A stretch of 64,000 bases of DNA from an uncultured Spirochaetota bacterium (GTDB lineage Bacteria; Spirochaetota; Brevinematia; Brevinematales; JAOACQ01): contig CAWIGG010000004.1 of assembly GCA_963835575.1 (NCBI GenBank), positions 416,001 to 480,000 of the forward strand. The letters are read 5' to 3'. Each line of letters opens with the position of its first letter. Positions within the stretch are counted from its first letter, which is position 1. The notes beneath the pieces were generated by a model. It searched no databases and was not told the origin of the DNA. It saw only the letters and a program-made list of their open reading frames with translations. The position numbers were made by a program, and so were the translations under genes. Positions 19,939 to 28,256 of this stretch are shown here, piece by piece.

Positions 19939-21780
19939 ATGCCCGATACGGTTATCAGAAAAACACTTAACGTTGAAGGAATGTCATGTTCAGGCTGTGA
20001 AAATAAAATTGAGAGGGCCCTGAATAAAACGGATGGAGTCAAAAAAGTAAGGGCTTCTTCAGCAAGAGCCCATGTCTACGTGGAATATGAAGAGGATAAA
20101 GTTAACATTAATAAGATCAGGGATAAAATCGAAGCCCTTGATTATAAAGTAACCGGTGAAAAAGGAGCCCCGCCGGCCGGGACAAAAGACGATATCAAAA
20201 AATCGCTTCTGCAGGTGTTCGGGCTGGGCATCATCATATTCGCGGTCTATTTTATCCTGCAGAACACTATAGGGTTCAATTTTATCCCGAAGATCGACCA
20301 GTCCATGAGTTTCGGTCTCCTTTTTGTGACAGGTCTTTTGACTTCGCTCCACTGCATCGCCATGTGCGGCGGGATCAATATTTCCCAATGCATGACAGCC
20401 GGTAAAGACGAAGCGGCAGGGAAATTCAAAGGATTTCTTCCCTCCTTTCTCTATAATTCCGGCAGGGTTGTATCCTATACGGTCATCGGCGGGATTGTCG
20501 GCGCAGTCGGATCGGTCTTTAATTTTTCCAATACGGCGAAAGCGATCATCGCGCTCATCGCGGGCGTATTTATGGTCTTCCTTGGGTTAAAAATGCTGGG
20601 CATTTTTTCATTCCTGGATAAAATAAATGTTCGCATCCCGTTTTTATCAAGTACAAAACTGGCCGAAAAAGCCTCCGGCTACGGTCCGTTTGTTGTGGGC
20701 TTACTGAACGGCTTCATGCCGTGCGGCCCTCTTCAGACCATGCAGCTCTACGCACTGGGTACGGGAAGTTTTTTAACCGGGGCGCTTTCGATGTTCTTCT
20801 TCAGCGTCGGGACCGTACCGCTGATGTTCGGAGTGGGCGCGGCGAGTACTCTGATGAGCAAGAAAGTGACCGCGAATGTTTTCAAGATAAGCGGAGCTGT
20901 TGTGATGCTGCTCGGCCTGATCATGGTAAACCGGGGCCTGAGCTTTGCCGGAAAACCGGTGACTTTGGCATCTAACACAGGCTTTAAGGTGGCGCAGGTA
21001 GAGGGAAATACGCAGACCGTGGAAATTAAGGTCTCCCCTAACTCTTACGAGCCGATAGTCGTCCAGAAGGGTATCCCTGTCCGCTGGGTGATCCATGTCA
21101 GCGAGAGCGATCTGAACGGCTGCAACAACGCCATTGTGGTGCCCAAATATAATATCCAGAAAAAGCTTGTCCCGGGGGATAATATTATTGAATTTACGCC
21201 CCAGGAAGAAGGGACGATAGCCTATTCCTGCTGGATGGGAATGATCAAGAGCAGGATTGATGTCGTGAACAACATTTCAAAAGTTAAAATCGATACAGCT
21301 GATAATAAACTCAATTTAAACAGCAATACCAGCAATTCCGCCGGGGAACAGAACAGCTTCATTCCATCGGACAGGATTGCCGCGGCGAAAATTGAAAATG
21401 GTATACAGAGGATTGTTGTGAATGTGTATTCGTCCGGTTATTCACCCTCTGTGCTTGTCCTCCAGCGGGGTGTTAAAGCTAAAATCACTTTCAAGCCTGT
21501 CCAGCTGACGAGCTGCAACTATCAGATCGTTTTCCCCGAGTTCAACGGTTCCCTGGATTTAAGGCAGGGAGCTGTAGAAACTCCGGATATCCCTGCGACA
21601 GGGGATTTTACATTCCAGTGCGGAATGGGAATGCTGCATGGTTATGTCAAGGTGGTCGACGATCTGAGCAAGGCGGACCTGGCGAAGATCAGCCGTGATA
21701 TTCCGCCTCAGACGGCCCAGGGCTCAGGCTGCTGCGGCGGCGGCGGAAATTCCGGCTGCTGCGGAGGAGCTAATTTATAA
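19939..21780 (+). CDS. HMA + DsbD_2/TauE-like membrane domain + two cupredoxin-like domains
   Basis: GMSCSGC, HCIAMCGG, MPCGP, CWMGM and CGMGM motifs; C-terminal CC-G-CC tail. Confidence 0.85.
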   Translation: MPDTVIRKTLNVEGMSCSGCENKIERALNKTDGVKKVRASSARAHVYVEYEEDKVNINKIRDKIEALDYKVTGEKGAPPAGTKDDIKKSLLQVFGLGIIIFAVYFILQNTIGFNFIPKIDQSMSFGLLFVTGLLTSLHCIAMCGGINISQCMTAGKDEAAGKFKGFLPSFLYNSGRVVSYTVIGGIVGAVGSVFNFSNTAKAIIALIAGVFMVFLGLKMLGIFSFLDKINVRIPFLSSTKLAEKASGYGPFVVGLLNGFMPCGPLQTMQLYALGTGSFLTGALSMFFFSVGTVPLMFGVGAASTLMSKKVTANVFKISGAVVMLLGLIMVNRGLSFAGKPVTLASNTGFKVAQVEGNTQTVEIKVSPNSYEPIVVQKGIPVRWVIHVSESDLNGCNNAIVVPKYNIQKKLVPGDNIIEFTPQEEGTIAYSCWMGMIKSRIDVVNNISKVKIDTADNKLNLNSNTSNSAGEQNSFIPSDRIAAAKIENGIQRIVVNVYSSGYSPSVLVLQRGVKAKITFKPVQLTSCNYQIVFPEFNGSLDLRQGAVETPDIPATGDFTFQCGMGMLHGYVKVVDDLSKADLAKISRDIPPQTAQGSGCCGGGGNSGCCGGANL

Positions 21781-21832
21781 AGATGTTATTGATTTCAGTT
21801 CAATAAGTTATTAGATTTTATAGAGGGATAAA

Positions 21833-24232
21833 GTGGAAAAAAATATAAATCTGGGCATTACAGGAATGTCATGCGCTTCATGCGCGCTGAGAATAGAAAA
21901 AGGCCTTCTCAATCTGAAAGGAGTGAAGAGCGCCAATGTAAACCTGGCGCTGGAAAAGGCGTCTGTTTCTTTTGATGAGAGCGCCGTCGAGCTGAAAAAA
22001 ATCGTAAAAAAGATCCAGGACCTGGGTTACGGTATAATAGAAGAGAGTAAAAACACCCGGTTTCTGACGGCCGATTTCAAGATCACCGGAATGTCATGCG
22101 CCTCATGCAGTTCCAGGATCGAAAAAAAGCTTTCCTCTCTGCAGGGTATAAAATCGGCGGCGGTCAATCTTGCCGCTGAAAAAGCACGAATCGAATACGA
22201 CAGCCGCAAAATCCAGCCGCAGACCATGATAAAAGCGGTCCATGATCTGGGTTATGAAGCCGAACTGTTGGGTGAACAGGCGCAGGACAGCGAAAAACTG
22301 GCCCGCAGAAAGGAAATGAAACATGCCGCGATACTTTTTATTTCATCAGCCGTCCTTTCTTTTCCTTTATTCCTGGGAATGCTCTTCATGCTTTTTAAAA
22401 TAGACTTTCCTCCTATACACGATCCGGTTTTTCAGCTTATCCTTGCGACGCCGATACAGTTTATCATCGGGTTCAGGTTTTATAAAAAATCCTTTTACAG
22501 CATCAAATCCCTCAGCCCGGGTATGGACCTCCTTGTCGCGATGGGAACCAGCGCGGCCTATTTTTTCAGTATTTATAACGCTTTCTTCGCCGGCAACAAA
22601 GAAAATCTTTACTTTGAAGCGAGCGCTATAATTATTACGCTTGTCCTTCTGGGTAAATACCTGGAAGCGGCCGCCAAGGGGAAAACTTCGGACGCGATCA
22701 AGAAACTGATCGGGCTTGCGCCCAAAACGGCGCGGGTCATTCGCGGCGGCCGGGAAAACGATATCCCTATAGAGGAAGTCGGCGTCGGGGACCGGATCAC
22801 CGTCCGGCCCGGCGAGAAGATACCAGTTGACGGCGTCATTCTGGAAGGTTATTCATCGGTTGATGAAAGTATGATAACCGGCGAAAGTATACCGGTTGAG
22901 AAAAAGACGGCCGACCTGGTTATCGGCGCGACGATCAATAAAAACGGTTCCTTTATATTCGAGGCGAAAAAGGTTGGGAAGGACACGGTCCTTTCCCAGA
23001 TCATCAGGATTGTCGAGGACGCGCAGGCTTCCAAGGCGCCGATACAGCAGATAGCCGATAAAGCGGCGGGGATTTTTGTCCCCTCTGTTCTGGGAATCGC
23101 CGTTATATCGTTTTTGGGCTGGTATTTTGGGACCGGAAGCTTTACAAAAGCGTTGATCAACGCCGTATCGGTGCTGGTTATCGCATGCCCTTGCGCCATG
23201 GGCCTCGCGACGCCGACGGCAATTATGGTCGGCACTGGAAAGGGCGCGGAAAACGGGATTTTGATAAAAAACGGCGAAAGCCTGGAAACGGCTTATAAAA
23301 TAAATGCCATTATTCTGGATAAAACCGGCACCGTCACGAAGGGGAAACCCGAATTGACGGATATCATCTGTTTTGGAGGAATTAAAGAAACCGAGCTTCT
23401 GAAAATAGCGGGGCGCGCTGAAAAAAAGTCGGAGCATCCGCTGGCGCTTGCCATCTATGAAAAAGCGAAAATGGAAAGCGCTATTTCCGACCCGGAAGAT
23501 TTTGTTGCTCTACCGGGCAAAGGCATCAGGGCTGTCATCGATAATAATACAGTATTAATCGGCACGAGGAAGCTGATGCAGGACAATGGCATGGATATTA
23601 AAGATGCCGAAGGAAATCTTCAAAGGCTGGAGGAAGAAGGAAAGACGGCGGTACTGATATCAATCGATAATAAAATCAGCGGCATCATCGGCGTTGCCGA
23701 TACGCTCAAGGATGATTCCATAGAAGCGATTGAAAGCCTCAAAAAGCTGGGCATGGAAATTTATTTGATCAGCGGCGATAATGAAAGGACGACCAGGGCG
23801 ATCGGAAATAAGGCCGGCATCACTCATGTCCTTTCGGAAGTCCTGCCGGAACACAAGGCGGATGAGGTTGTTAAACTTCAGAAGGCAGGAAAAATCGTCG
23901 CCATGGTCGGCGACGGGATCAACGACGCGCCGGCTCTCGCTAAAGCGGATGTAGGGATCGCCATCGGCACGGGAACGGACGTCGCCATTGAGACATCGGA
24001 CATCACGCTGATGAGGGGCAATTTAAAGAGCATCGCGTCGGCCATCAGGCTTTCTAAAAAAACGATTTCCAAGATAAAGCAGAACCTTTTCTGGGCCTTT
24101 TTCTACAATATCATCGGCATACCGTTCGCTTCGCTGGGATTTCTGAACCCCATCATCGCCGGAGCGGCTATGGCCTTCAGCTCTGTTTCGGTTGTCGCAA
24201 ACAGCCTGAGCCTGAAAAGGATCAAGATTTAA
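21833..24232 (+). CDS. copA: Cu(I)-translocating P1B-type ATPase
   Basis: Two [31 protein letters not shown]. Confidence 0.95.
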   Translation: MEKNINLGITGMSCASCALRIEKGLLNLKGVKSANVNLALEKASVSFDESAVELKKIVKKIQDLGYGIIEESKNTRFLTADFKITGMSCASCSSRIEKKLSSLQGIKSAAVNLAAEKARIEYDSRKIQPQTMIKAVHDLGYEAELLGEQAQDSEKLARRKEMKHAAILFISSAVLSFPLFLGMLFMLFKIDFPPIHDPVFQLILATPIQFIIGFRFYKKSFYSIKSLSPGMDLLVAMGTSAAYFFSIYNAFFAGNKENLYFEASAIIITLVLLGKYLEAAAKGKTSDAIKKLIGLAPKTARVIRGGRENDIPIEEVGVGDRITVRPGEKIPVDGVILEGYSSVDESMITGESIPVEKKTADLVIGATINKNGSFIFEAKKVGKDTVLSQIIRIVEDAQASKAPIQQIADKAAGIFVPSVLGIAVISFLGWYFGTGSFTKALINAVSVLVIACPCAMGLATPTAIMVGTGKGAENGILIKNGESLETAYKINAIILDKTGTVTKGKPELTDIICFGGIKETELLKIAGRAEKKSEHPLALAIYEKAKMESAISDPEDFVALPGKGIRAVIDNNTVLIGTRKLMQDNGMDIKDAEGNLQRLEEEGKTAVLISIDNKISGIIGVADTLKDDSIEAIESLKKLGMEIYLISGDNERTTRAIGNKAGITHVLSEVLPEHKADEVVKLQKAGKIVAMVGDGINDAPALAKADVGIAIGTGTDVAIETSDITLMRGNLKSIASAIRLSKKTISKIKQNLFWAFFYNIIGIPFASLGFLNPIIAGAAMAFSSVSVVANSLSLKRIKI

Positions 24233-24248
24233 TATAAAAGGTTTAAAT

Positions 24249-24315
24249 AAAAAAAGCCCCGTAACGGTTCCCGAGTAGCCCATTAGGGCGTATCGAGGAA
24301 TACGGGGCTTTTTTT
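24249..24315. terminator. Bidirectional terminator-like hairpin with an inner REP-like hairpin
   Basis: AAAAAAAGCCCCGTA ... TACGGGGCTTTTTTT between convergent genes. Confidence 0.7.
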
Positions 24316-24330
24316 ATAGTATTCAATAAT

Positions 24331-24771
24331 CTATGCAAACTTTTCCAGGTCCTTTTTCATCGATTCAATGGCTTTTATCTGATGCTGGATTATCAGGTCT
24401 TTCTGCTGAAGGTCGGATGTTTCAAGCTGGACAATTTTCTCCTCGCATTCTTCGATCCTGTTGAGAAGAGTGATCTTTGACACATGAGACAGCTTGTTTT
24501 CGCTGGAATCATTTTCCAGGGCTTTGATCGCTATGGCGGCGGTTTTTCTGACATATTCAGGCTTATCCTTATCTTTGGAGACATACTTAAAATATTCCAC
24601 AACAGCCTGGGCATGCTGGTCTTCATTAATGATGCCGTTACGCAGAAAGATCAGACCGATCGGTTCTGAAAATCCGATAGTCTTCATTGTGTATTCCTGT
24701 TCCTGTAGCGCTATATCCAGCTTCTGGGCGGTAATTAATCCGAGTTTGATCAAAACTTCTCCAAACTTCAT
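24331..24771 (-). CDS. Protein with N-terminal MshEN-like domain and C-terminal coiled coil
   Basis: KFGEVLIKLGLITAQKLDIALQEQ plus a degenerate second copy PIGLIFLRNGII. Confidence 0.6.
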   Translation of the reverse strand: MKFGEVLIKLGLITAQKLDIALQEQEYTMKTIGFSEPIGLIFLRNGIINEDQHAQAVVEYFKYVSKDKDKPEYVRKTAAIAIKALENDSSENKLSHVSKITLLNRIEECEEKIVQLETSDLQQKDLIIQHQIKAIESMKKDLEKFA

Positions 24772-24912
24772 GAGGCGCCTCCAATAAAGGGATTTTATTT
24801 AAACAGAATGACAGAAAAACCAGTATTATTGTCGGAATTACACTATCAATAAGTAAAGCCGGCGTTCTCAATTTTAGAGCCTCATTTTTTAATAAGTGAT
24901 ATCATATAATAA

Positions 24913-26196
24913 GGGCGGTTTTAAAAACCGTCTAATTTATCAACACTTCCCTGATAATAGAAAATATTTTAAAAATATTTCTGCCAACAGGTTAAAAACT
25001 GTTTCTATTACCAAAATTCAGCCAAACACGGGCAATATTATCCATATCTTCTGTATTTTAAGCCGCACAAGACGCAATTCGACCTTTTACCACAACATAC
25101 CGTGCTAAATTATAAACCAGATTCATCAGCCCGATTTGGCTCTCTGCCCTTTCTTTTCCTATCGATCGTATTGTACTGCCGTTCATACTATTTTCAACAA
25201 AACCAAAAACATGCTCAACACGAACTCGGATGCGGCTCTTTCTTCTATTTTTTTCTTTCTGCTTCTCCGTCAATGGCTTATTTCTGTATCCTTTTTCGTG
25301 AATCCGGTTTTTCATCTCAAATTTTTCTAATATTCCTGCTACCGTTGGGCCAACATATGCGCTGTCCGCGTAAAACGGCTTCCCTTTGTCTTTCTCATTC
25401 AATAGAGGTTCAACTACCTGTGAATCGTGAACGCTCGCATCTGTCGTGACATAAGAACGAATAAGTTTTGACTTCACATCAACCTTTGTATGGTTTTTGT
25501 ATCCGTAATGCCTCTCTTTATTCTTGGTCATCCAGCGCGCATCCGTGTCTTTATGGGAAAGCTTATGCGTATTATCTTTCCAATCTTCCGGAACCTCGCC
25601 TTCTTTTATTTTCTTGTTTTCTTCGCGGCTGTTCCTCTGCCGGGGAACATCCACAAAACTTGCGTCTACCATAACGCCCGCTTTCCCTATCACACCTTTA
25701 TTCTCAAGATTCTCATCGAATATTTTAAAAAGTTTCTCTATTGCTTTCGCTTTCGTCAGTTTTTCCTTGAATTCCCAGATTTTACTGTAGTCCGGAACTT
25801 TGTCCGAAAGTGTTATCCCAAGATATCGCTGAACGGATAACCTGTCATTGATCTGAAATTCCGCTTGCTCATCGGAAAGATTGTAATACCTCTGGAATAT
25901 CAGTATCTTGAACATGAAAACATAGTCATAATGTGGCGCTCCACCCGGCGCCTTCTGCTCTTTCGGCGCCAAAATCTCTGTTAACAGCGGCCGGAACATC
26001 TCAAAGTCTACAACTCTGTTAAGCTTATCCAGCGGTGTTTTTACGCCGCTTAGCTTTTCCATCCGCTCCTGATATTCAAACAAGTTACGGTCTTTCCGCT
26101 TAATTTTTGTCATAGCCTTACCTCTGTTTTCTTTGACTATGATTATATGTTTTTATATACTATTTGTATATGATACGTGGGTTTTTCAAACCGCCC
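24913..26196 (-). mobile_element. IS5-family insertion sequence
   Basis: 17-bp IRs GGGCGGTTTTAAAAACC (24913-24929) and GGTTTTTCAAACCGCCC (26180-26196), 16/17 match. Confidence 0.9.
25058..26113 (-). CDS. IS5-family transposase
   Basis: YNLSDEQAE, VDASF, DTDARW, YGYKNH, ADSAY, RVEHVFG. Confidence 0.93.
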   Translation of the reverse strand: MTKIKRKDRNLFEYQERMEKLSGVKTPLDKLNRVVDFEMFRPLLTEILAPKEQKAPGGAPHYDYVFMFKILIFQRYYNLSDEQAEFQINDRLSVQRYLGITLSDKVPDYSKIWEFKEKLTKAKAIEKLFKIFDENLENKGVIGKAGVMVDASFVDVPRQRNSREENKKIKEGEVPEDWKDNTHKLSHKDTDARWMTKNKERHYGYKNHTKVDVKSKLIRSYVTTDASVHDSQVVEPLLNEKDKGKPFYADSAYVGPTVAGILEKFEMKNRIHEKGYRNKPLTEKQKEKNRRKSRIRVRVEHVFGFVENSMNGSTIRSIGKERAESQIGLMNLVYNLARYVVVKGRIASCAA

Positions 26197-26305
26197 ATTA
26201 TTAATTTCATTTATTAATTATTATTTTGCCGCCTTGACAGCCGCTCTATTTCTGATTATCTTTTATAAAGAAAGACATTTATTTAAAAATAGGAGGAAGC
26301 GGTAT

Positions 26306-26800
26306 ATGATAGAAAGCATTTATCAGATAGTCGCGACGAATATTGACGGCAAGCCGTTCAGCCTGTCGGAATACAAGGGCAAGGTTGTACTGATCGTCAA
26401 CGTGGCCAGCCGGTGCGGATTTACGCCGCAGTACGAAGGCCTCGAGAAGATTTATCTGAAATACAAGGACAAAGGCTTTGTTATTCTCGGTTTTCCCGCC
26501 AATAATTTTTTAGGGCAGGAACCGGGAACAGACGAGGAGATCAAGACTTTCTGCTCGCTCAAGTATAATGTCACGTTCCCGATGTTTTCCAAGATATCGG
26601 TCAAGGGGAATGATATCAACCCTCTTTACGCTTACCTGACCGGCAAGGATACCGATCCGGAATTCAGCGGTAATATTACCTGGAATTTCAATAAGTTCCT
26701 CATTGACCGGAATGGGAAGATCGTCAACCGGTTTGACTCGAAGATAACGCCGGAAGACCCGAATCTGACAGGGGATGTGGAAAAATACCTCGCGCAATAA
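26306..26800 (+). CDS. Glutathione peroxidase family protein
   Basis: NVASRCGFTPQY, GFPANNF..QEP, WNFNKFL; start moved to the ATG after AGGAGG. Confidence 0.93.
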   Translation: MIESIYQIVATNIDGKPFSLSEYKGKVVLIVNVASRCGFTPQYEGLEKIYLKYKDKGFVILGFPANNFLGQEPGTDEEIKTFCSLKYNVTFPMFSKISVKGNDINPLYAYLTGKDTDPEFSGNITWNFNKFLIDRNGKIVNRFDSKITPEDPNLTGDVEKYLAQ

Positions 26801-26805
26801 TGTAA

Positions 26806-26930
26806 ATTCAGCCACAGAATTACACGGAATAACACAGAATTTTATATGTTATTATATTGTTAGAATGGAATTAAGTTATTTGAAATTATTTTTTATTTCT
26901 GTGTCCTTCTGTGAAGTTCCGTGGCTGAAT
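26806..26930. repeat. 125-bp MITE-like element with sub-repeated inverted ends
   Basis: 34-bp imperfect IRs (28/34), each built of three CACRGAA units at 10-bp spacing. Confidence 0.7.
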
Positions 26931-26956
26931 AATTTTAGGATACTGCCTGAGTTTTT

Positions 26957-28129
26957 TTATACATTCAGTTTTTCTGAATCGGAGAGGTCTTTAGTGCTGA
27001 TTTCGGACTTCTTGGGGGCGATCAGCTTTACTATTTCCTTTAATTGAATTTCCGGATTGTCCATCAGTTTTTTCATTTCATTTTCAGACATTCTTTTATT
27101 CCTTATTTTCTCACGTTTATTTTCCACTTCCTTTATCATTTCCTCCGGCATGTTTTCCGATTCTTCCAGCACTTTCAGCCCTCTGACCGCTGTTAAAATA
27201 TTCGTCGCGTTCTGATAGCGGATATGATTATCAAAAGCCGCGATTATATTGACGATGTTTTCACGGTCCTGCGGATCGTACTTGTCCGCGAGGTCATATT
27301 CCTCAAGCCTTTTAAGCGTCATGACAATGGGCTCAAACGCTTCCAGCGGGATGATAAAAAATGATATGCTTTCCTCTATGTAGTAAGTTTCCTTTATTTC
27401 CGACATCGCAATGCCTGGAATAATAAAAAAAACAGTTCTGTATATGTCCTGATTACTATCGCTCTTTTTGATCTTAACAGCGGTGCTTTTTACCTGCGTC
27501 GATATATAGTTATTGATATTCTGGGAAGATGATGATTTCGGGTCAAAAATTACAAATTGGTCCAGTAATCTCACCATAAAATCGGGTTTTAACTTTGTAT
27601 CGAACCCGTCCGGCAGGTTGTTGTTGTCATAATAAGGCAATGACACGCTGGATTTTTGACATATTTCCCTCATGACCGATTTTGAATTATCTTCATGCAT
27701 TGCCCAAATCCTCGTTCTTTCCTCTTCTTCTTTTTCCATTTTTTTCCTGTCGGTTTCAGTTACCCTGTTTTTTTCTTCTTCCAGCGCTTTCCGGGCGTTA
27801 TCAAGATCGGAGATCTTCTTATTTGTTTCCTTATCATTGTTTTCTTTATTTTTTACATAAACCGTGTTTTCCGTATCCAGTTTTTGATTGATCCTGTTCA
27901 GTTCGCTTATATGGATTTTATATTCACTGTTCTGCCTTTCCAATTCGGAGTATTTGCCTGAGAGCGAATTTTTCTGCTCCAATAACTTGTCATATTCCGA
28001 TTTTATATGACGGTAGGATTCCGTATCTTCCGGCTGTCTTTTCTTTTGAACGCGGTCTAAAACCAGTAATATCAATACGGCCAATAATAAAATTATCAGC
28101 GCTAGCAATAAAATTTCCTGAAAATTCAT
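26957..28129 (-). CDS. Membrane-anchored coiled-coil protein with RmuC-like nuclease-fold region
   Basis: N-terminal TM, long coiled coil, KPDFMV...IFDPKS PD-(D/E)xK-like motif. Confidence 0.55.
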   Translation of the reverse strand: MNFQEILLLALIILLLAVLILLVLDRVQKKRQPEDTESYRHIKSEYDKLLEQKNSLSGKYSELERQNSEYKIHISELNRINQKLDTENTVYVKNKENNDKETNKKISDLDNARKALEEEKNRVTETDRKKMEKEEEERTRIWAMHEDNSKSVMREICQKSSVSLPYYDNNNLPDGFDTKLKPDFMVRLLDQFVIFDPKSSSSQNINNYISTQVKSTAVKIKKSDSNQDIYRTVFFIIPGIAMSEIKETYYIEESISFFIIPLEAFEPIVMTLKRLEEYDLADKYDPQDRENIVNIIAAFDNHIRYQNATNILTAVRGLKVLEESENMPEEMIKEVENKREKIRNKRMSENEMKKLMDNPEIQLKEIVKLIAPKKSEISTKDLSDSEKLNV

Positions 28130-28256
28130 ATTAATCCTCCGAAACGGATATTTAATTATAATATGTTTTTATCCGTTATGAAACTATTCAGTGTGTGTTG
28201 ATTATAGCCAAAGGAAAAAGGTCTTGGGAATGTGGGAATTTATATTGGGGCTGTTT

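Noticed and set aside
24905..26205. Target-site duplication for the IS5 element
   Set aside because: Flanks ATAA and ATTA differ, so no exact duplication can be claimed
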